Assembly (NCBI GenBank): GCA_032718475.1 | Contig: JAUCBJ010008861.1 | Coordinates: 8,088 to 72,087 of the forward strand | From: Nemertoderma westbladi | Lineage: Eukaryota; Animalia; Xenacoelomorpha | DNA length: 64,000 nt | Direction: 5' to 3' | In this document: piece by piece, positions 53,073 to 62,011 of the stretch | How the letters are laid out: each line of letters starts with the position of its first letter | How positions within the stretch are numbered: the stretch's first letter is position 1 | Position numbers and translations under genes: made by a program | The notes under the pieces: model-generated | Told to the model about the DNA's origin: nothing | What the model saw: the letters and a program-made list of their open reading frames with translations, nothing else | The model's database searches: none

Positions 53073-53447
53073 TCAAGAAGTTCCTCTAAAGGATCGTCGG
53101 CAATCGTAGTAGTTACTTCGAATCATCACCAAGGTGACCGATAGGCGCACGCGTCTGCCGTGATTCATCCGTAATCTCCACGATACGTTCTCCTTCATAG
53201 GGTAACAATGTAAACATAGATGGTCTTTCGATAAGAGATCCCGCACAGCGAAGATACACGTCTCGAAATATACTAAATCCTGCTCGAGTAAAGGCATTGC
53301 TGTCTTTGCGAGCTTCGCTGTACTTTCTGATAATTCCTTTATACCAAATATAGTGTAGTCTTTTGCTCCAAATCGTTCGAATGAAGCTGCCGCCTCCTCT
53401 TGGATATCATATCCCCATCTCGGCTCTCCTTGTATCCCTTTCTCCAT
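53073..53447 (-). CDS. Accessory ORF N-terminal part, function unknown
   Basis: WGx10FxRx3KxY motif shared with ORF 4820-5434; overlaps the open upstream frame of the zinc-knuckle ORF. Confidence 0.6.
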   Translation of the reverse strand: MEKGIQGEPRWGYDIQEEAAASFERFGAKDYTIFGIKELSESTAKLAKTAMPLLEQDLVYFETCIFAVRDLLSKDHLCLHCYPMKENVSWRLRMNHGRRVRLSVTLVMIRSNYYDCRRSFRGTS

Positions 53448-54109
53448 AATTAGGGTGTAGTTACATAATCATTACTACTAGAGGGAATACAACAGAGTTT
53501 GTAGTTAGTTGTGAGGAGACGTGAGAGTTTCGTCTGCCTTTTGGGCTTCGACAACGCTCTAACCTCCTACCCATAGCCTAAGATCTAGGGTTTCTTTAAT
53601 GACACGCTGCTTCTTATCTAAAATTTTTTGCCGAAGTAAAAACGAATTTGGGCTAAACTGGCCGTGAGTCTAAAATACTCACTTTTTGATCCCAAACTAT
53701 CATCAGAAAATAAGCAGTCAAGAATTAGTAATAAATATAGGGGAGTCTATTTATTTGATGTAACTTATTGAAACAAGACCGTGTAAAATTTAATTAAAAT
53801 TTTAAGAAAGGCTCGCAAGTCTTCCTCTCTTGTTTCTCTAATTTTAAGTTCCACCCGACTGTACCCTGAAATCTATTCACTGGAGAAATTTTTAAAAATT
53901 TTTCAAATCCAAATGGATTGTCTAAAATTTCGAAAATGTCTCAATATTGTGAGTTCCAAGTAGAATTCCATTTCTTATACCTACAAATCCCGCTCCTATG
54001 TGACACATAAGGGTACTACCCTCAATGTTCACATATAAAGACAATGGAATTCTACCGCTGTCCTTACTACGGTGTACAGGTACGTGGAAATCTATTTGTA
54101 AACTCCTAA

Positions 54110-57100
54110 TTATTTACTAGTATTAGGTGGAGATTTGTAGTCTCCGGACTCGTTACGAGTCTCTTCAAGAAGTACGAGACGTTGAGTCGGTCTGTCTACT
54201 GTACGACCGTCAATTGTTCGTACCGTCACAGTTCTTGTCACTCCATCCATAGATGGATGTGTGGCTAAAATGACACCTGTTATCCAGAAGCGTCTTTTTA
54301 GATTCACTTCTGCCAACAGCACGTGATCTCCCGGCTTTAATGCGCGGGTGTTATTGTACCAGTTTGTTCTGGCAGAAATAGAGGGCAAATAATGGTTTTG
54401 CCATATTTCCCAGAATTTGTTAGCCAGTAGTTGCGTGATTTTCCACGCTTTTCTTCCGTAACTATCGCTTTCTAGTGGAATAGAAATAGGTGTCAAAGTT
54501 GTCGGTGCCTGCATTAGCAGGTGTGCCGGTGTTAAAGCAAACTGGGATTGTTTGTCATCGGGTACTAATACTATTGGTCTAGTATTTAGTATTGCCTCGA
54601 TTTCAACAAACAATGTTGTCAGTTGGTCGTCTGTTAATATGTGGTTTACTGGAATGACCTTTGCCATGGCTGTCTTTATAGATCTAATCAATCTCTCCCA
54701 GACTCCGCCTCTCCAAGGACTATCTGGAGGATTAAACTTCCAAACAATCTTGTGAGGTTGTAGTTCGTTCGAGATTTGATCATGATCTAATTTCTTAAAG
54801 GCTCTAGCAATCTCATTCCGAGCACCAACGAAGTTTGTCCCTTGGTCTGAGTACAAGCATTTTACTAGTCCGCGTCTAGCGATAAATCGCCGCAGTGCTA
54901 GTATAAACGCGTTGGTGGAAAGATCCATCACACGTTCAATGTGAACTGCCCTACTGGACATACATGTGAAAATCAGTCCCCAGCGTTTTACTAGTATACG
55001 TCCACGTTTCGTATGTATGGGACCAAAGCAATCAATTCCAGTCTCTGTAAAAGGTGGTCTGAATGCTTGAAGTCGTGCTTGTGGTAGTTCACTCATTTCT
55101 TGGGTACCTATTCTAGAATGTACCTTTTTACAAATAATACACGTACGTGTCACTGAACTCAATGCTTTACTGGGTCTAATTAATACAAATCTAGTACGTA
55201 AGTAGGAAAGACAGTGGTGTCTTCCAGCGTGTTTCAGATGTAAATGTGCGTCCAGTATCATTGCACGTTGTAGTTCGTGGTGTTGCGGTATTATTATTGG
55301 GTACCTAAAGTTTGTGTTAAAGTCAATGTTTTGAAGCCGAGATTTATGACAAATTAAGCCATTATAAATAATCGGACTCCAACTCAGTATCGGTGACGAC
55401 TTGATTGGTTGACCTTGATTTATAGATGTGAATTCGCGCGCGAAATATCGCAGTTGGTAATGGCGAATTAATTTAATCTCACACCTGTCAATCTCAGCCA
55501 ATGTAAGTCGACGTGTAAAGTCACGTTTGCCTTTAACGTATTGTACGAAACGTACAATCCACGCTAATTTTCGGCAAGCGTTCGACCAAGAGTCTGTTAA
55601 GTTTACAATTCGGTCGACGTAAGTATTTGTGACGTCATCAGGTAAGTCAATGGAGATTTTGGAAGGTTTTGAATTACTAGAAGGGCCCACGGGTCCGCCG
55701 GTAAGTATTCCCTTGTTGACTGTTGATCCGTCCGGGTCTACAAGTAATTTGTCCTTCTTCGTCTTCTTACCTTGATTGTCGGTACTTTGTAAGTCGATCG
55801 TTAATGGTGGTTTGAACTCTATGGGGTCAGCAGGTTTTGGTAAACTTAATTTTCTGCCGACATTAATCCCAGGTCTCACCGTAGGTTGTAGGTTCGGTAT
55901 GTCTCTTGAGCGCAAAGTAACACCTGTATTTACATTAGCGTAGGTACTACCCACATCTGTAATACATGAGGTTTCACCGTGCTTATGGTTGCTCAAGTGT
56001 GTCAAAATTGGTAGTTTGTCAATACAAGGCCGCTCCAATAGGGAAACTGCGGCTTTATTGTTAGTCAATACATTACTAGTGTCTAGTCGACTGTCTAGTA
56101 GTGTGTCTGGCGATACGTCTGGTAACGTATCTGGTTGTTTGTCAATAGAAGGCCGCTCCAATAGGGAAACTGCGGCTTTATTGTTAGTCAATACATTACT
56201 AGTGTCTAGTCGACTGTCTAGTAGTGTGTCTGGCGATACGTCTGGTAACGTATCTGGTTGTTTGTCAATAGAAGGCCGCTCCAATAGGGAAACTGCGGCT
56301 TTACTGTTTGTCAGTGCGTTACTAACGTCTGGTGGAACATTTTGTGATATGTCTGGCAAAATGTCTGGTTGACTGTCTAGTAACGTGTCTGGTTGACCGT
56401 CTGGCGATATGTCTGGTCGACCGTCTGGCGATATGTCTGGTGTAGAAAGGCTCGCAAGTCTTCCTCTCTTGACCTTTGAAGTTATATCTTTCCATTTCGC
56501 CTTCGGTTTCTTCTTGAGTTTAGTTGCCGTCGTCCTTTTCTTTGTATCGACGGGCATTGTTGAGGTTATTGGGGTAGGTAGACTCGCAAGCCTATCATCT
56601 GTCGTCGATGGAATCTCTAGCTGACTCGTCTTCCCCCCTAGTTCTAAACTCACCTTGTGGGTTAGCTGCTCCTTGTGACTTATCATACTAGTTACACGTC
56701 TGTCATGTTTTGTCGACTGTAGTGTAGTATGGTTCACGTCGTGTGAAAAGGAATGGATTGAATTTGTAGTTAATAAACTACATGTACTCTGTACATCGTC
56801 TTCCTCGTCACTTACGTCTAGTGTGCGCACAGGCGCTCGAGTATACCACCCTATCGGCGTTCTGCAGGCGTATGCGTTTCCTGCTACAACTGCCGATGGT
56901 CTGGTTTCCCACACCTGATGTAGGTTGAATTGGTCCGTCCCGATCAGCATTGCTACCGATCTATAATTGGCAGGACATTCGGGTACACCAAGGTGTCTGA
57001 AATACTTACGGTCCTCTAGAGATTGTGCCGGCACTGGACCTAGTAGGTTACTAAAGTCCTTCGTGGCCGCAAAGGTTAGATCTCTAAAGGGCAACAAAGA

Positions 57101-60100
57101 CCTCTCCCTCTCGCTGTGTTGCGATCTTGGAAGAAGAGAGTCTAAGTCCAACTTAACTCGTGTCACTGGTATTGCACGCTGTCCGTGCATACTACTTACT
57201 GTATAACTGACGTGCTTACCTTGTCTAAGATCTGTTACGACGTCAGCGATCTTTTCATCCACGTAACTGTGAGATGAGGCTGAATCTAGAATCGCGTAGA
57301 TCCTCTTACTCCCTTTTGTGCCAGTAACTTTAATCGGGATTACACTGAATCCCTTCAGTTGGTCAGTGGTCAGGAGCGCGATTGACGGTTGTTCGTCTCC
57401 ATTTGAATATTCGTCGTCTTCTGATTCTTCGTCCGACGATCCGGATTGTTCTGAAAAGCAATCCTCTATATGGGTCACGAAAGTCGGAGTCGTTTTCGAT
57501 TCCCGTTTTCGGTAAGCCGCATCACATCTCGCTGCTGCTTCCGGGTGTTCCCTGGCGAAGCGTTTCGTCGGCGTGTGGCTGTCTGTGTGGAGCAGACCGT
57601 CGTGGTTGCGTCCACAGGATGGACAAGTGTCAGTATTTGGGCAATCCTTGCGCACGTGTCCGTGTCGCGTACACCGCCAACAAGAGTCCAGTGGCCGTAT
57701 CTGCAGCCGTCGTTCTTCTGAGTTCAACTCGCGAAATTGTCGACAACCTCGTAACTTGTGACCAATATACCGCTTACCCAAATGTTCGCAGTATTGGCAT
57801 CCGTTGAAGTCGGCGCTGAGTTGCTGTCTCGTCTGTTTCGTTCCAATGGGCGCAGATACTCTATTACCGTCTGAGAATTGTCGTGATTCCGTCGGTGTGG
57901 CGTAAGTGGCCGTCTTTGTGGATGTTGTCTGGGGTTTTTGTCGGTTAGAGGATGGCAGTGTGATCCCTTCTGCCACGATGTGCTGGTCGGTATAGTTAGA
58001 TCGAGTCTCTACTACCGCCTCCCTGGATATTAAAAGGTACACATCTTCTAATTTTAGGAATCCTCCTCGCTCCTCTCGCTGATATTCGACCTTCCTCCAC
58101 TCCCGACGAAGTCGATGGTGGAGTCGTCCTATTATCTTTAATAGGACTGTAGGCGTATTCCCGTAATCAAGTTGTCCAATTGATCTTAAGGTAGTGATAG
58201 CGTTCTTAATCTCGTCAGCCAGTTTTAGTAAGTCGACGGGTTTAGTGATAGCCCCTCCCTTACAGAGTTCTTCTATTACTGACCTGGCCATACTCACTGT
58301 ACCTCCGTATATCGAAGTCAAACGATCGTACGCTAGTTCGAAAGCGTCCGGTACACCAACGAAAGTCTCCGCCAAACGTTTAGGTTCTCCTGACAACGTT
58401 TGGAGCAAGTAATTGAACTTCTCTCGTGACGTAAAGGCGCACACGGCGATCTGGGATTCAATATAGTCTACGAAGGTATGCCAGTGTTTTGAGCTACCGG
58501 AGAACTTCGGTGGTTGTTGTACCGGCAATCCCTGTCTGGCTGCGAATTTCGCTATCTCCTCGGCAACGTTCAGAGTTTCGCGTCCTTGGTTGGTAACCTG
58601 GTTGATGTTCTCCCTTCTTGGCGCTTTTCCCTGATACGATGTGGGGTTTGAAGGTACCGGTCTTTGTGGTCCCTTCGGGTGTCTATTGTGTTCGAATTCG
58701 GAATTTCTCGAACTGTCGGTGTAACCTTCCTCCAGACGTTCCTCGATCTGAGCCAACTTGTTGACAACTGGTCGCAGAATGTCGGCGAACTGTTGTGTAC
58801 TAATTGCGTCCGTTGGTTGTAACGCCTTCTGTGTTGGTGTATTCTGTGGAGGATTATCTGCAAAAGAGTTGTCTGAACGCTCGCGTTTATATTCATCGGC
58901 CGCCCCCGTTCTAAATACCTCGCGTTTCGGGTAATCCGATTCGCTCGAAGTACTACTATCATCTGGATATGGTGGTCGACGTGCTCGCGTCCGTTGCGTC
59001 GTACTAATTCTAACGGTTCGTTTCGGAACATCGTCTCGCTTTCGTTGTTCGGTAGGCTCACAAGTCTTCCTCGAAGTCGTAGATTGCGATGTAAACTGGT
59101 TGAACGGTCGCGTCTCTGTTCTCCGTTGTTCGGTAGGCTCACAAGTCTTCCTCGAAGTCGTAGATTGCGATGTAAATTGGTTGAACGGTCGCGTCTCTGT
59201 TCTCCGTTGTTCGGTAGGCTCACAAGTCTTCCTCGAAGTCGTAGATTGCGATGTAAATTGGTTGAATGGTCGCGTCTCCACTGTTCTCCGTTGTTCGGTA
59301 GGCTCACAAGTCTTCCTCGAAGTCGTAGATTGCGATGTAAATTGGTTGAACGGTGGGCGAATGACAGCATTTGAATCCAAAGGCCTTGTTGGTCGAAACG
59401 TCATTGGGTAATCGTAGTGCGTAACGGGTTTTGGCGTCAAAGGTGGACTCACCTGTTTAGTCGTCAGTAGCGCAGGTCCGGTCAATAAACTACTACGATC
59501 TGTAATCGGTGGGTTACTTACCTTGACTCTCGGAATAGGCGACGACGTTGCTCTTGGCGGTATAAACTCGTTCGGAATAACAAACCTGTGTTCCGTCGCA
59601 CCATGGATAGGAGAAATATCACTACTACCCGCAATCGAAACAGGTTCCTTAGTCGTAACCGGTGCAAACATATGAGTTACCTGTGGGAATCGTTGACACA
59701 CGTCTTTTACTAATTGCCGTTCCCGTCCGGGTGCTCCTACGCTTCCTTCCTTCTTCCGTTCCTGAATTTGGCGATGTCTTACCTCTAACTGGTCCAAATC
59801 ATGTCCGTCACGAGATCTCATCGATCGATCGCGGGCCTTTTGATCCAGATCTTCCTCAGCGTTCGCTAATTCTCTCGCCTTCTTCTCAAGTTCGAAATGA
59901 AGTTTAGCTGTCTTCTCTCGTTGTTCCGTTTGTCGTTGTTGCGCCTCAAATTCTGCTTGTCGTATGGCGGATTGAGCTTTTATTTGCCGTGTTTTCATTT
60001 CGGCCCGTGCTTCCGAAACTAACCTGTCTCGTTCTAATTCCGCCGCTGCCGCTGCCGCTTGTCGCTCTGACTCGGCCGCTGCCGCTGCCGCTTGTCGCTC

Positions 60101-61165
60101 TGACTCGGCCGCTGCCGCTGCCGCTTGTCGCTCTGACTCGGCCGCTGCCGCTGCCGCTTGTCGGGCAATGTCTACCTCTAACCTTTCTACTTCAGCTGCT
60201 TCTAATTCAGCTTGTTCCTGTAGATGAGAGATTCTTGCTATATTCGCAACGCGTAGCTTCTCTTCTTCTACTGCTGCCTGCATCACTAGAAGTTGAGCTT
60301 GTTCCTCCATTTCTCGTCGTTGTCGGTAGAATTCTTGCTGTTGTCGAGCAACTTCTGACGTAACCATACTTCCCTCGCAGATTTCGCTACGAATACTTAC
60401 CAGTGATTGATCCAATATTCCCGGTGCCGATTCGATTTGTGCGAGCGAAGTTTCCCTCGTAGCCTCCGGCACGGTTTCCCAATCTCCGACGTCCTCGCCG
60501 CACATGCGTAAGTGATCCGTCAGGTGTTTCAATTGTCCATCCAGTCGGTACAGTTCCTGTTCTTCCTCGGGCTGTAATAATTCGTCCGAAACTGACTCAC
60601 CTAACAACTGGTCCGCTTGTTCCTGTTGTATCTGTCTAATCGTCGACTTAAACTGAATCAGTTTCTCTCTAGTGATCATTAGTTTCTCGAGGATTCTAAG
60701 TTGAGTATCCATGTCCTGTCTCTGTCTAGCTAGATCTTGTAGGCCCACTAGATTATCTACGGACTTATATACTTTACTCTGTACTCTAACCTGGAGGGTG
60801 TAGAACTCGAATCGAGACATCGGAGCGGTCAACCCGTCTAATATGCGTTGGCCTTCTCCAATGCTCCTGGTTATATGCGCCATGTAACCTCCGACGCTTC
60901 TAACCACACTTTCTGTACTTCCTGCTGAACTTACCATTTCCGTTTCCCTGTATCTAGGTTGCGGAACAGTTAGAAAGTCCTCGGTCCTGCCGTCGCCTCG
61001 TACTACGGCATCCGGTACTCCCGTTGGATGTACTGGTGACGCACACGGTGTAGGTTCGGTAGGCTCGCGAGTCTTCCCCTGTTGTTCTTCCGCTGCTGAC
61101 TTATCCGCGTCACATGAGTCATAGTCGGTTTGTGTGTTCTTCGTATAGTCTTGTTTGTCACTCAT
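54110..61165 (-). CDS. BEL/Pao Gag-protease-integrase polyprotein (2351 aa) without RT/RNase H
   Basis: KFSGSSKHWHTF...YLLQTLSGEP (DUF1759-like), CWRCTRHGHVRKDC, protease AILDSASSHSY, integrase HHCC and D-D-E (GIDCFGP, SDQGTNF, WERLIR); no YxDD RT motif between PR and IN. Confidence 0.95.
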   Translation of the reverse strand: MSDKQDYTKNTQTDYDSCDADKSAAEEQQGKTREPTEPTPCASPVHPTGVPDAVVRGDGRTEDFLTVPQPRYRETEMVSSAGSTESVVRSVGGYMAHITRSIGEGQRILDGLTAPMSRFEFYTLQVRVQSKVYKSVDNLVGLQDLARQRQDMDTQLRILEKLMITREKLIQFKSTIRQIQQEQADQLLGESVSDELLQPEEEQELYRLDGQLKHLTDHLRMCGEDVGDWETVPEATRETSLAQIESAPGILDQSLVSIRSEICEGSMVTSEVARQQQEFYRQRREMEEQAQLLVMQAAVEEEKLRVANIARISHLQEQAELEAAEVERLEVDIARQAAAAAAESERQAAAAAAESERQAAAAAAESERQAAAAAAELERDRLVSEARAEMKTRQIKAQSAIRQAEFEAQQRQTEQREKTAKLHFELEKKARELANAEEDLDQKARDRSMRSRDGHDLDQLEVRHRQIQERKKEGSVGAPGRERQLVKDVCQRFPQVTHMFAPVTTKEPVSIAGSSDISPIHGATEHRFVIPNEFIPPRATSSPIPRVKVSNPPITDRSSLLTGPALLTTKQVSPPLTPKPVTHYDYPMTFRPTRPLDSNAVIRPPFNQFTSQSTTSRKTCEPTEQRRTVETRPFNQFTSQSTTSRKTCEPTEQRRTETRPFNQFTSQSTTSRKTCEPTEQRRTETRPFNQFTSQSTTSRKTCEPTEQRKRDDVPKRTVRISTTQRTRARRPPYPDDSSTSSESDYPKREVFRTGAADEYKRERSDNSFADNPPQNTPTQKALQPTDAISTQQFADILRPVVNKLAQIEERLEEGYTDSSRNSEFEHNRHPKGPQRPVPSNPTSYQGKAPRRENINQVTNQGRETLNVAEEIAKFAARQGLPVQQPPKFSGSSKHWHTFVDYIESQIAVCAFTSREKFNYLLQTLSGEPKRLAETFVGVPDAFELAYDRLTSIYGGTVSMARSVIEELCKGGAITKPVDLLKLADEIKNAITTLRSIGQLDYGNTPTVLLKIIGRLHHRLRREWRKVEYQREERGGFLKLEDVYLLISREAVVETRSNYTDQHIVAEGITLPSSNRQKPQTTSTKTATYATPTESRQFSDGNRVSAPIGTKQTRQQLSADFNGCQYCEHLGKRYIGHKLRGCRQFRELNSEERRLQIRPLDSCWRCTRHGHVRKDCPNTDTCPSCGRNHDGLLHTDSHTPTKRFAREHPEAAARCDAAYRKRESKTTPTFVTHIEDCFSEQSGSSDEESEDDEYSNGDEQPSIALLTTDQLKGFSVIPIKVTGTKGSKRIYAILDSASSHSYVDEKIADVVTDLRQGKHVSYTVSSMHGQRAIPVTRVKLDLDSLLPRSQHSERERSLLPFRDLTFAATKDFSNLLGPVPAQSLEDRKYFRHLGVPECPANYRSVAMLIGTDQFNLHQVWETRPSAVVAGNAYACRTPIGWYTRAPVRTLDVSDEEDDVQSTCSLLTTNSIHSFSHDVNHTTLQSTKHDRRVTSMISHKEQLTHKVSLELGGKTSQLEIPSTTDDRLASLPTPITSTMPVDTKKRTTATKLKKKPKAKWKDITSKVKRGRLASLSTPDISPDGRPDISPDGQPDTLLDSQPDILPDISQNVPPDVSNALTNSKAAVSLLERPSIDKQPDTLPDVSPDTLLDSRLDTSNVLTNNKAAVSLLERPSIDKQPDTLPDVSPDTLLDSRLDTSNVLTNNKAAVSLLERPCIDKLPILTHLSNHKHGETSCITDVGSTYANVNTGVTLRSRDIPNLQPTVRPGINVGRKLSLPKPADPIEFKPPLTIDLQSTDNQGKKTKKDKLLVDPDGSTVNKGILTGGPVGPSSNSKPSKISIDLPDDVTNTYVDRIVNLTDSWSNACRKLAWIVRFVQYVKGKRDFTRRLTLAEIDRCEIKLIRHYQLRYFAREFTSINQGQPIKSSPILSWSPIIYNGLICHKSRLQNIDFNTNFRYPIIIPQHHELQRAMILDAHLHLKHAGRHHCLSYLRTRFVLIRPSKALSSVTRTCIICKKVHSRIGTQEMSELPQARLQAFRPPFTETGIDCFGPIHTKRGRILVKRWGLIFTCMSSRAVHIERVMDLSTNAFILALRRFIARRGLVKCLYSDQGTNFVGARNEIARAFKKLDHDQISNELQPHKIVWKFNPPDSPWRGGVWERLIRSIKTAMAKVIPVNHILTDDQLTTLFVEIEAILNTRPIVLVPDDKQSQFALTPAHLLMQAPTTLTPISIPLESDSYGRKAWKITQLLANKFWEIWQNHYLPSISARTNWYNNTRALKPGDHVLLAEVNLKRRFWITGVILATHPSMDGVTRTVTVRTIDGRTVDRPTQRLVLLEETRNESGDYKSPPNTSK

Positions 61166-61999
61166 TTCGGTAGTTGTAAGTCAAGTAAAGTGAGTGTCAA
61201 AGTATCGAGTTTACCGTATTTATATAAAACGGTACTAATTACAGTCATATAAAATTAGCCTACCGGCCGATTTTATAGCAGATGGATAAAATTAGCCTAA
61301 AACGGCCAATTTTACAGCAAATAAATGTCACGGAATAAGTATATAATAAAATTAGCCTAGCGGCCAATTTTACAACAAATAAATCGGATAACGATATGCG
61401 TTATCAAAAGGTAAATTAAATACAATAATACGGACTAATTCAGCAATGAACAAAGAAATCATACGGAATGCATAAATACTTGAGACAGTGGAACCCACAA
61501 TAATTTTAACTAATACGGTAATGCCTAACTTATTTATGCAACTTTTCGAACTCACCCACTCCAATAATTCTCCAGAAAAACAGATTCCCAGATACAAACC
61601 GGACGTGAACCTTTCCGTTTTTAACGTTGCGGACGAAACGCGATTTTCCCAACCAAAGTTGTTGAGTTATCTATCTCCCAAACTTGCTAAACACGGTCTT
61701 GCTCCCGTTACAGTCTAGAAATGAGTTCTGAATCCTGAAAAAACAAAAGAGTTAGGTTTTACTTTACGAAAATTTTGTACCGGTACAATATGGTATTTAA
61801 ACCCTTTTAAAACACCGGTATTCAATTCCAAAGATATTTTACACGCGGTTCAAATCAAATTTTATTTCAAAAAATTAGCACTTAGCTAATCAAATACAAA
61901 TTTTTACCTCAAAATACAAAATTTTCAAATAACTTTAGTCCTACCGAACCGTAGTTCAGTAAAACATATTCCTACTAAATTAGGAAATATGTTAAATAA

Positions 62000-62011
62000 T
62001 CATATTCCTAC
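62000..62011 (-). promoter_or_regulatory. Non-tRNA PBS of family B (GTAGGAATATGA), complementary to LTR segment 63064-63075
   Basis: Abuts the 5' LTR end; no TGG; 12-nt perfect reverse complement within the LTR. Confidence 0.7.

Noticed and set aside
58570-60363. Overlapping and antisense ORFs within gag (e.g. 58570-59370, 58994-59374, 59989-60363)
   Set aside because: By-products of in-frame tandem repeats; no independent motifs
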